Shown: positions 36,055 to 43,968 of the stretch, one piece after another
Position numbering within the stretch: the stretch's first letter is position 1
Layout: each line of letters starts with the position of its first letter
Virus record (IMG/VR): IMGVR_UViG_3300023174_000034
Strand: one strand, 5' to 3'
Source: a virus
Lineage: Duplodnaviria; Heunggongvirae; Uroviricota; Caudoviricetes
DNA length: 64,000 nucleotides
Made by a program: the position numbers and the translations under genes
The notes under the pieces: generated by a model
The model's database searches: none
Seen by the model: the letters and a program-made list of their open reading frames with translations, nothing else
Told to the model about the DNA's origin: nothing

Positions 36055-37818
36055 ATGTCTTGGAAAAAATACTTTAAGAGTTCAAACCTTCCTACACAGC
36101 TCACCGGAGTTGGCGGCTCTGTGAGTGTTTTGGCCAATGGTTCACAGGATGGCGCATTGAATGGCACAGGCTACCGTAACTGGCAAAGCAACTTGCCAGA
36201 AGTGTACATTGGCCACCCCAACCGTGTGGAACGTTACAACCAGTATGAACAAATGGACATGGACTCGGAAGTGAATGCTGCCTTGGACATCTTGAGCGAG
36301 TTCTCTACACAATACAACGAAGACAACGGCACACCGTTTAACTTGGATTTCAAAGAACAACCAAGCGAAAACGAAATTAAGATCATCAAGGAACAGCTAC
36401 AACAGTGGATCAGCCTTAATGAACTCAACAAACGTATATTCCGTATCTTCCGTTCAGTGATCAAATACGGTGACCAGGTGTTTGTGCGTGATCCAGAAAC
36501 ATTCAAGTTGTACTGGGTTGAGATGGGCAAAGTCACCAAGATCATTGTGAACGAAAGCGCAGGCAAAGAGCCTGAGCAGTACATTGTCAAAGACCTAAAC
36601 ATCAACCTAATGAACCTCAGTGTCACAGCAGTGGCCGCAAGTGATACCTATACCAATCATCCACAGATGGGCGGCCCTAGCGGCAGCTATGTGCAACCCA
36701 ATGCACCATTTGCTGGAGGATCGCGATTCTCACAAGCCAAGAACGAAGTGGCAATCAATGCTGAACATGTGTTGCACATGAGCCTGACAGAAGGCCTGGA
36801 TGTGTACTGGCCGTTTGGTAATTCAGTACTGGAAAACATTTTCAAAGTGTTCAAGCAGAAAGAACTGCTGGAAGACGCTATCATTATCTATCGTGTGCAA
36901 CGTGCACCGGAACGCAGGATCTTCAAGATTGACGTGGGCAACATGCCCAGCCACATGGCCATGGCATTTGTGGAACGCATCAAGAACGAAGTGCATCAGC
37001 GCAGGATTCCTACTTCAACAGGTGGTGGTACCAACATGATGGATGCCACATACAATCCACTGAGCCAAAACGAAGACTTCTTCTTTCCAACTACGGCAGA
37101 CGGACGTGGCTCATCAGTAGAAACACTAGCAGGTGGACAAAACCTTGGTGAGATAACTGACCTACACTTTTTTACCAACAAGCTATTCCGTGGCCTGCGT
37201 ATTCCTAGTAGCTACTTGCCCACAGGACTTGACGATGGAGCCAGTGGTAGCTTCACCGACGGCAAAGTAGGCACAGCACTGATCCAAGAATGGCGCTTTA
37301 ACCAGTACTGTTTGCGATTACAAAACATCTTGGCAGAGTATTTAGACAGAGAATTCAAGCTGTACATGCGCTGGCGCGGCATTAACATTGACGGTCAACT
37401 GTTTGATCTCAAGTTTAACCCACCACAAAACTTTGCACAGTACCGTCAAGCAGACGTTGATATGGCACGTATCAACACATTTGCACAGCTAGAACAGTAT
37501 GCTTACTTCAGCAAGCGTTTCTTGATGCAACGTTTCTTGGGCTTGACAGAAGCTGAAATGACAGAAAACGAAAGCATGTGGGCAGAAGAACAAGGTGATG
37601 CAGAGCAAGCACCTGTAGATTCAGCAAGTCTACGTTCAGTTGGCGTAACACCAGGTGGTATACAAACAGACTTGGATAGTGCAGAAATACCAACAGATGA
37701 TACCGGTGCTGAAGCTGGCATGCCTGGTGACATGGGTGCCGATGCCACAGGTATAAACAGCCCAATAGCTGGTGGAGCACCTCCTTCTGGCCTGGGCGCA
37801 GCCCCAATGCCAGCTTAA
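36055..37818 (+). CDS. gp20: Portal vertex protein, T4 gp20-like
   Basis: MDMDSEVNAALDI, LLEDAIIIYRVQRAPERRIFKIDVGNMP, EDFFFP...GRGSSVETLAGGQNLGEI...KLFRGLRIPSSYL. Confidence 0.96.
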   Translation: MSWKKYFKSSNLPTQLTGVGGSVSVLANGSQDGALNGTGYRNWQSNLPEVYIGHPNRVERYNQYEQMDMDSEVNAALDILSEFSTQYNEDNGTPFNLDFKEQPSENEIKIIKEQLQQWISLNELNKRIFRIFRSVIKYGDQVFVRDPETFKLYWVEMGKVTKIIVNESAGKEPEQYIVKDLNINLMNLSVTAVAASDTYTNHPQMGGPSGSYVQPNAPFAGGSRFSQAKNEVAINAEHVLHMSLTEGLDVYWPFGNSVLENIFKVFKQKELLEDAIIIYRVQRAPERRIFKIDVGNMPSHMAMAFVERIKNEVHQRRIPTSTGGGTNMMDATYNPLSQNEDFFFPTTADGRGSSVETLAGGQNLGEITDLHFFTNKLFRGLRIPSSYLPTGLDDGASGSFTDGKVGTALIQEWRFNQYCLRLQNILAEYLDREFKLYMRWRGINIDGQLFDLKFNPPQNFAQYRQADVDMARINTFAQLEQYAYFSKRFLMQRFLGLTEAEMTENESMWAEEQGDAEQAPVDSASLRSVGVTPGGIQTDLDSAEIPTDDTGAEAGMPGDMGADATGINSPIAGGAPPSGLGAAPMPA

Positions 37819-37845
37819 TTTACCATTTAGGGTAAATAGTGTATC

Positions 37846-38091
37846 ATGCACATATTTGAATTTTTTGACAAGCCCATATACGGAAGAGAAGATCCAAGCG
37901 AGGATCATTCTACATTGAAGCTGGATGATAGACGCAAAACACGACTAACTCTAGCCCAAATTAACAGACTTCGCATGATGAATGACGTTAAGAAAGTAGA
38001 ACACGAGCACCAGTTAAAGCGTGTGAGCAAACAGTATAAAGCGGCACCACAAGAAGGAGCGGCGGGTGCAGGTGCACCTGCTAGCCTATAG
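37846..38091 (+). CDS. Small head-module protein (position of T4 gp67/gp68 core genes)
   Basis: 81 aa, DRRKTRLTLAQINRLRMM; late promoter 7 nt upstream; between portal and core genes. Confidence 0.6.
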   Translation: MHIFEFFDKPIYGREDPSEDHSTLKLDDRRKTRLTLAQINRLRMMNDVKKVEHEHQLKRVSKQYKAAPQEGAAGAGAPASL

Positions 38092-38148
38092 TTTTTTGCA
38101 AATCCTTCAAAAACATCCACATAACTGGCGAAATCTTAGCCGTTATCT

Positions 38149-38154
38149 TAAATA
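38149..38154 (+). promoter_or_regulatory. Late promoter (TAAATA) of the core/protease/scaffold/capsid operon
   Basis: TTAAATA 33 nt before ATG 38188. Confidence 0.65.
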
Positions 38155-38187
38155 ACTTAACATAGCCATATTATTAGAGGAGTTCTC

Positions 38188-39177
38188 ATGAACAAATATG
38201 AACAGCTTATAGAACACATTGTCAATGACGACGAAGCAAAGGCTCGTGCTCTATTCCACGCAATCGTGGTAGAACGCAGTCGCGAAATTTACGAATCATT
38301 GATGGACGAGGAACAACCTGGCGTAAGCCATGATGCAGTTGGCGGTCTAGTAGATGAAATCTCTGCAGACGAAACTGGTATGCACGAAGCCGATGAAGAA
38401 CTAGGTATGCCTGGTGACGACATGGGTGGCGACATGGGTGACGACATGGGTGACGACATGGGTGGCGATATGGGTGGCGATATGGGTGGCGACAGCGAAG
38501 CACCTGCTACCAAAGGCGACATCATGGACCTAGAGTCTGCAATTGACGAATTAAAAGCTGAGTTTGATCGCTTGATGGGCGACGAAAGCAGTGACGACAT
38601 GGGTGGCGAAGAAGACTTCGGCTCAGAAGAGGGCGACGATGAAGAAGGCGACGATGAAGAGGGTGGAGAAAATCCATTTGCTAGCGACGACGACGGAGAA
38701 GGCGAAGAAGAGCCAGCAGACGACGAAGAAAAAGTTGCTGAATCACGCCGTCCAAAGACTGAAGCAGAACGTATTCGTGAATACGTAGACCGCGTTGGTA
38801 TGGACTGGGACAAAGGCGCAATGAAGGGCCCAAAGGGTGAAAACGTTGGTACTGGTGCTAAATCAGAACGCCAAGGTGAAAAGAACACCAAGTCAATCAT
38901 TGACAACATGAAAAACGACATGGGCGGCACAAGTGCTAACATGAATCGTCGTGCAGAAGAAGCCAATCCAGACGGTCAAACACCATCAGGCAAAGCAGGC
39001 GGATTCCTAAAGCCAGCACAGGAAATTGATGTTGCCAAGCGTAACGTCAACAAAGTAGGTGGCAACAAAGGCGCACAAAATTATTTTAACGGCAAGACAT
39101 CTACAAAGAGCGGTGAAGAAGGCGGTACCAACGCCAAGAGCATCGAACCAGGTGGTAAGTCTGGCTTCAGCAAGTAA
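38188..39177 (+). CDS. Acidic prohead core/internal scaffolding protein
   Basis: AGAGGAG RBS; very acidic low-complexity centre and basic Gly-rich C-terminus; between portal and protease. Confidence 0.65.
   Translation: MNKYEQLIEHIVNDDEAKARALFHAIVVERSREIYESLMDEEQPGVSHDAVGGLVDEISADETGMHEADEELGMPGDDMGGDMGDDMGDDMGGDMGGDMGGDSEAPATKGDIMDLESAIDELKAEFDRLMGDESSDDMGGEEDFGSEEGDDEEGDDEEGGENPFASDDDGEGEEEPADDEEKVAESRRPKTEAERIREYVDRVGMDWDKGAMKGPKGENVGTGAKSERQGEKNTKSIIDNMKNDMGGTSANMNRRAEEANPDGQTPSGKAGGFLKPAQEIDVAKRNVNKVGGNKGAQNYFNGKTSTKSGEEGGTNAKSIEPGGKSGFSK
38413..38493 (+). repeat. 12-nt in-frame tandem repeat GGTGRCGAYATG (G-[GD]-D-M), ~6.75 copies
   Basis: Read directly; encodes GDDMGGDMGDDMGDDMGGDMGGDMGGD. 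Confidence 0.95.
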
Positions 39178-39194
39178 TCGGATAAAAATATATA

Positions 39195-39842
39195 ATGGCT
39201 TATCTTAAAGAGAATCTTACATTTGATGCGGCACGTATGGAAGTCCTCACTGAGGAATCCAACGACGGCAAAGGTGGTAAGAATCTCTATTTGAAAGGTA
39301 TATGTATCGAAGGTGGTATCAAGAATGAAAACCAACGTATATATCCCATTCCAGAGATCCAACGAGCCGTTGGCACAATCAACGAAACACTCAAGGGCGG
39401 CAAGTCTGTTCTTGGTGAAGTTGATCACCCAGATGACCTTAAAATCAATCTTGATCGTGTGAGCCACATGATTACAGATATGTGGATGGACGGTCACGCT
39501 GGCATTGGAAAATTAAAGATTCTACCAACACCGATGGGTAACCTAGTGAAAACTATGTTAGAGTCGGGTGTGAAGTTAGGAGTGAGCTCTCGTGGTAGCG
39601 GTAACGTAAACGAGAGTTCTGGTCACGTCAGTGATTTTGAAATAATCACTGTAGACATTGTAGCACAACCATCTGCGCCACATGCGTATCCACATGCCAT
39701 TTATGAAGGGCTTCTTAACATGAAGCATGGTCATAGAGTTATGGAAATTGCAGGCGAAGCAGGACAAAATCAAAAAGTTCAGAAATATCTGAAAGAGGCT
39801 GTTGTGCGCCTTATCAATGACTTAAAAATAGGAGATAGGTAA
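39195..39842 (+). CDS. gp21: Prohead core protein protease, T4 gp21-like
   Basis: KNENQRIYP, LGEVDHP, INLDRVSH, LPTPMG, LGVSSRGSG, DIVAQPSAP. Confidence 0.96.
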   Translation: MAYLKENLTFDAARMEVLTEESNDGKGGKNLYLKGICIEGGIKNENQRIYPIPEIQRAVGTINETLKGGKSVLGEVDHPDDLKINLDRVSHMITDMWMDGHAGIGKLKILPTPMGNLVKTMLESGVKLGVSSRGSGNVNESSGHVSDFEIITVDIVAQPSAPHAYPHAIYEGLLNMKHGHRVMEIAGEAGQNQKVQKYLKEAVVRLINDLKIGDR

Positions 39843-40942
39843 TGTTTGATGCTATCAAACCTTTGTTGGATGCAGGTATCATCAACGAAGACACCCGTCA
39901 GGCTATTAACGAAGCATGGGAATCTAAGATTAACGAAGCACGTGAACAAGCACGTGCCGAGCTACGCGAAGAATTTGCTACTCGTTACGAGCACGACAAG
40001 AGTGTCATGGTTGAAGCCCTTGACAGCATGGTTACCGAGGCCTTGTCTGTAGAAATACAAGAATTTGCAGAAGAAAAGAAAGCACTAGCAGAAGACCGTG
40101 TACGTTTCCAACGTACCATGTCTGAAAATGCTGGTAAGTTTGATCAATTCATGGTTAGCAAGCTAGCAGAAGAATTGAAAGAACTACGTGCAGACCGCAA
40201 GCAGTATCAAGAAGGCATCAAGCGTCTTGAGAAGTTTGTTATCACTGCATTGGCTGAAGAGATTCAAGAATTTGAAACAGATAAGAAAGCCGTGGTAGAA
40301 GCTCGTGTACGTATGGTGTCAGAAGCCAAACAACAACTAGCTGATCTAAAAGGTCAGTTTATTGCACGTAGCGCCAAGTTGGTCAAAGAAGCTGTTGCTA
40401 CTAATCTAGACACAGAGATCACACAACTCAAAGAAGACATCCAGTCAGCACGTGAAAACATGTTTGGCCGTCGTTTATTTGAAGCATTTGCTAGCGAATT
40501 TGCAGTCACTCACTTGAATGAGAACCGTGAAATTCTAAAACTTCGTGCAGAGAAATCTGCTACAGAGCAAGCACTAGTAGAAGCAAAAGCTCAAGCTGAA
40601 GCAAAGACCGCTTTGGTGGAAAGTAAAGATAAAGAAATTAAGATTATCAAAGAGTCAACCACTCGCAAGGAAGTCCTTGCAACATTGTTGAAGCCTTTGA
40701 ACAAGGAGAAAGCCGCAATCATGAGCGATCTTCTTGAATCAGTGCAAGCTGAAAAACTTCAGTCTGCATTTGATAAGTATCTACCAGCAGTATTGAATAA
40801 TACATCTGCCCCTAAGCAAGCTCCTAAAGCTGTGCTTAGTGAAGGACGTTCAGCAGTAACTGGTGATAAGACTGCTAAGGTCAGCGCAATTGATGATACC
40901 ACTAACGTGATTGAAATCAAGCGTTTAGCAGGGCTAAAGTAA
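39842..40942 (+). CDS. gp22: Prohead core scaffolding protein, T4 gp22-like
   Basis: Coiled-coil Glu/Ala/Lys-rich, FGRRLFEAF motif; between gp21 and gp23. Confidence 0.85.
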   Translation: MFDAIKPLLDAGIINEDTRQAINEAWESKINEAREQARAELREEFATRYEHDKSVMVEALDSMVTEALSVEIQEFAEEKKALAEDRVRFQRTMSENAGKFDQFMVSKLAEELKELRADRKQYQEGIKRLEKFVITALAEEIQEFETDKKAVVEARVRMVSEAKQQLADLKGQFIARSAKLVKEAVATNLDTEITQLKEDIQSARENMFGRRLFEAFASEFAVTHLNENREILKLRAEKSATEQALVEAKAQAEAKTALVESKDKEIKIIKESTTRKEVLATLLKPLNKEKAAIMSDLLESVQAEKLQSAFDKYLPAVLNNTSAPKQAPKAVLSEGRSAVTGDKTAKVSAIDDTTNVIEIKRLAGLK

Positions 40943-40969
40943 AACCCTAAACAGGAGAAGGAAAAAGAA

Positions 40970-42151
40970 ATGACAACCGCACTACTAGAGAGCCGTTGGG
41001 GCGAAACCAAAGATGCCCTGTTAGAAGGCCTAAATGGTTCTAAAAGAACTACAATGGGTGTAATCCTAGAGAACACCCGCAAGTACCTGGCAGAAAATGC
41101 AACAGGTGGCGCTACAGCTTCCAGCAACGTAGCTACACTGAATCGCGTGATTCTTCCAGTAATTCGTCGTGTTATGCCTACCGTTATTGCTAACGAAATC
41201 GTTGGTGTTCAACCAATGACAGGCCCAGTTGCACAAATCCATACGCTACGTGTACGTTATGCTGACACAGTCAGTGCAACTACAACTGCTGATGGCGCAA
41301 CAGCAGGTGACGAAGCACTAAGTCCATTCAAGATTGCTACTGCTTACTCTGGTTCCAGTTCAACTTCTAGAGCTGTTAACACAGCCACCCTAGAAGGTGT
41401 ACCAGGTAACCGTATTAACGTTCAAATCTTGAAACAAGTCGTTGAAGCCAAAACCCGCAAATTGTCTGCACGTTGGACATTTGAGGCTGCTCAAGACGCA
41501 CAAGCCATGCATGGTTTGGATGTTGAAGCAGAAATCATGGCAGCATTGGCTCAAGAAATCACAGTTGAAATCGACCAAGAAATCCTAGCTAGCCTACGTT
41601 CTTTGGCCGCAACTGAATTCACATATGATCAGTCAAGCGTTTCTGGTACAGCTACATTCGTTGGTGACGAGCATGCCGCATTGGCAGTTCTAATCAACCG
41701 TACAGCTAACTTGATCGCTCAGCGCACACGTCGTGGCGCGGCAAACTGGGCAGTTGTATCTGCTGAGGCTCTAACAGTTCTTCAGTCTGCTACAACTTCT
41801 GCTTTTGCTCGCACTACAGAAGGCACTTTCGAAGCACCTACAAACACCAAGTTTGTTGGTACATTGAATGGCGCAATGCGTGTATACGTTGACAGCTATG
41901 CTAACACAGGCACAGCAGTTCTTATCGGTTACAAAGGTTCTAGCGAGGCAGATGCTGCCGCGTTCTATTGCCCATACGTACCGTTGATGAGCTCTGGTGT
42001 TGTTCTTGATCCAGCTACTTTTGAACCAGTAGTTGGCTTTATGACACGTTATGGCTATGTGGAATTGACAAACACAGCAAGCTCATTGGGCAATGCTGGT
42101 GACTATCTAGGCAAGATTGGTATCACTTCTGGTACTTTGTCTTTCCAGTAA
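40970..42151 (+). CDS. gp23: Major capsid protein, T4 gp23-like
   Basis: IRRVMPTVIANEIVGVQPMTGP, VEAKTRKLSARWTFEAAQD, EIDQEI, FYCPYVPL, FEPVVGFMTRYG. Confidence 0.97.
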   Translation: MTTALLESRWGETKDALLEGLNGSKRTTMGVILENTRKYLAENATGGATASSNVATLNRVILPVIRRVMPTVIANEIVGVQPMTGPVAQIHTLRVRYADTVSATTTADGATAGDEALSPFKIATAYSGSSSTSRAVNTATLEGVPGNRINVQILKQVVEAKTRKLSARWTFEAAQDAQAMHGLDVEAEIMAALAQEITVEIDQEILASLRSLAATEFTYDQSSVSGTATFVGDEHAALAVLINRTANLIAQRTRRGAANWAVVSAEALTVLQSATTSAFARTTEGTFEAPTNTKFVGTLNGAMRVYVDSYANTGTAVLIGYKGSSEADAAAFYCPYVPLMSSGVVLDPATFEPVVGFMTRYGYVELTNTASSLGNAGDYLGKIGITSGTLSFQ

Positions 42152-42190
42152 TCACAAAAGTAAAATCGACTCAGGGATGGGAAGAGCAGG

Positions 42191-42216
42191 AAAGCGCCGC
42201 AAGGCGCTTTTTTGTT
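42191..42216 (+). terminator. Intrinsic terminator after the major capsid gene
   Basis: AAAGCGCC-GCAA-GGCGCTTT followed by TTTGTT. Confidence 0.9.
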
Positions 42217-42222
42217 GACTGT

Positions 42223-42915
42223 TTAACCTCGACCCAGTATTTTTCTATTGCCAAATGCTATGTTGGTCCACACAGGCGGTGTTGTTTTTTCTAGCACAAG
42301 TTCTATTTCGTAACAACCATTACTGGGATGCATTTCTCCAGCACTGACAGTCTTTGCATTGCGGCCGTCATTGTGTGTTACACCGTCTACTGTGTTGCCG
42401 TCGACTACTACTTGTTTTACAACCCATCCGTCGTTCCAGTCTTGATCGTTGTCGCACATGTGTCTTATGCGATAGCTCAGATGCGGCAATGCTTGCCATA
42501 CTTCTTCTAATAGATTGAATGGTGCATAAAAGCGTTTGTGATCTCGGTTGTATCTGCTGGGCAAGTCAGGCTTTTTCTCGTACAGCCACACATGTGGTAC
42601 ACAGATGATCATGTGCCCACCAACTTTCAGCACACGGTGCCATTCTTGTAGTGCAGTTTTCCAATCAGTCACATGCTCGTACACATGGCTGGCGTACACA
42701 GTGTCCTGGCTTTGATCTGCAAAAGGCAAATGCACACCGTCATATCCAGGATAGTCAATGTCCACACCAATCACATGCGGGAAAATAGTTTCGCAACCTT
42801 GTCCGCCATCGTAGCCTATTTCTAGGGCATTGGCACCAAAGTATTTTCTAAAGAAACCAGACTGTTGTTTCTGGTCAAAAGATTTGGCAGTTTCAGGACC
42901 TATTTTTCTATTCAT
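42223..42915 (-). CDS. Class I SAM-dependent methyltransferase (Methyltransf_11-like)
   Basis: ALEIGYDGG motif I, GVD, LPFADQSQDTVYASHVYEHV, EWHRVLKVGGHMIICVP. Confidence 0.88.
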   Translation of the reverse strand: MNRKIGPETAKSFDQKQQSGFFRKYFGANALEIGYDGGQGCETIFPHVIGVDIDYPGYDGVHLPFADQSQDTVYASHVYEHVTDWKTALQEWHRVLKVGGHMIICVPHVWLYEKKPDLPSRYNRDHKRFYAPFNLLEEVWQALPHLSYRIRHMCDNDQDWNDGWVVKQVVVDGNTVDGVTHNDGRNAKTVSAGEMHPSNGCYEIELVLEKTTPPVWTNIAFGNRKILGRG

Positions 42916-42932
42916 ACAAATAATTATCAGTT

Positions 42933-42965
42933 AAAAAAATACCCGAAGCATTTCTGCTCCGGGTA
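42933..42965 (-). terminator. Intrinsic terminator on minus strand, just upstream of the methyltransferase
   Basis: UACCCGGAGCA-GAAA-UGCUUCGGGUA (11 bp with one G-U, GNRA loop) followed by U7. Confidence 0.85.
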
Positions 42966-43000
42966 CCAACTAAACAGGATGCTGTCTGACTAGCACCTGT
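42933..43000 (-). ncRNA. Candidate ~68-nt small RNA (hairpin, single-stranded linker, terminator)
   Basis: Bounded by a sigma70 promoter and an intrinsic terminator, with no credible ORF; sequence ACAGGUGCUAGUCAGACAGCAUCCUGUUUAGUUGGUACCCGGAGCAGAAAUGCUUCGGGUAUUUUUUU. Confidence 0.65.
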
Positions 43001-43004
43001 ATGT

Positions 43005-43033
43005 ATTATATAGCAGACACAACTACAAAGCAA
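43005..43033 (-). promoter_or_regulatory. Sigma70-type promoter driving the candidate sRNA
   Basis: Minus strand TTGCTT (43033-43028), 17-nt spacer, TATAAT (43010-43005). Confidence 0.75.
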
Positions 43034-43042
43034 ACTATTAGG

Positions 43043-43132
43043 TAAATATAATGTTCACTTGACACTCAAGTAACTTATGCGGTACCCACCGCGTAGGCCT
43101 AGAACGCTAAATCATATTAAGGAGAAAAACAA
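43043..43132 (+). promoter_or_regulatory. Late promoter plus structured three-way-junction 5' leader
   Basis: TAAATA at 43043-43048; P1 UGUUC/GAACG, P2 ACUUGA/UCAAGU, P3 CUUAUGCGGU/ACCGCGUAGG; then TAAGGAG RBS. Confidence 0.6.
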
Positions 43133-43876
43133 ATGGGACGTCCTCTAAATCATAAATTCTTTGGCGACTTAAATTACGCCGCAGGCGGTGCAATGGTCGG
43201 TGGTGAAGGTGTTGCTAGCGTAGCCGCAGTCACAGGCTTGACTGGCATGGCCGCAAGTGGTCCGTTTGCAATTCTAGCCGCAGATATCACTGCACCAGAA
43301 ATTGCCGGCGGTACAAAACCAACATTGACATTCACTGCTACCAGCGCAACAGCAGGTACAGTTGCAGTTGTGACACAAGGTTCAGGTTACACATCAGCAC
43401 CAACAGTGACCGTTCGCGGCTCACTAGCAGGCGGTAGTACCACAGCAACTCCAGCAGCCACATTGACCACAACTCGTTTGAATGCTATCATTCCACAAGT
43501 TCGTATTGCTGGCACAAACCGTACCAGCGGTAATGACATCATTGCACAAAAAGGTAGCAAGCGTTTTCAAGTACAGTCACAAGACGGCTCGGGTGTTTGC
43601 AAGCTAGTGCCACGTACACCAGCAGCCGCACTAGAAATGGCTATTGCGGCAACAGACAGCCAGAGCAACACATACTGGGTAAAAAAGATCAGCAAGAACA
43701 AAGTTCAACTGATAAGAAACACCCTAGTAGGCTCAACCTGGGATATCGCTGATGGCGATACAGCAAAATGGACTATCACTGGTTCAGCTGTGGCTCCAGT
43801 TGGCGGCGGAAACCCATCAGCAACTGATGGCCCATCAGTGGTCAGCATCGGCACAGTGTTACTAAACAACGCTTAA
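43133..43876 (+). CDS. Virion structural protein (possibly abundant head decoration), with a GSGYTSAP module
   Basis: Late promoter, strong RBS, own terminator; Ala/Thr/Gly-rich; IIAQKGSKRFQV and YWVKKIS motifs. Confidence 0.6.
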   Translation: MGRPLNHKFFGDLNYAAGGAMVGGEGVASVAAVTGLTGMAASGPFAILAADITAPEIAGGTKPTLTFTATSATAGTVAVVTQGSGYTSAPTVTVRGSLAGGSTTATPAATLTTTRLNAIIPQVRIAGTNRTSGNDIIAQKGSKRFQVQSQDGSGVCKLVPRTPAAALEMAIAATDSQSNTYWVKKISKNKVQLIRNTLVGSTWDIADGDTAKWTITGSAVAPVGGGNPSATDGPSVVSIGTVLLNNA

Positions 43877-43899
43877 TATCCTCGTTTGCAGTGGATCCT

Positions 43900-43927
43900 A
43901 AAGAGGGCTTTGGCCCTCTTTTTGTTT
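43900..43927 (+). terminator. Intrinsic terminator
   Basis: AAAGAGGGC-TTTG-GCCCTCTTT followed by TTGTTT. Confidence 0.88.
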
Positions 43928-43968
43928 GAGCTTGTTACCGCATAAATAAAGCAAACGGTAGAAAACTC

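Noticed and set aside
38222-38966. Ser/Pro-rich and CRHP-repeat minus-strand ORFs
   Set aside because: Antisense read-outs of the acidic repeat region of the core protein.
42966-43000. preQ1-I or SAM riboswitch upstream of the methyltransferase
   Set aside because: It lacks the A-rich 3' tail of preQ1-I and the conserved cores of the SAM classes I know; kept only as an unclassified sRNA/attenuator.
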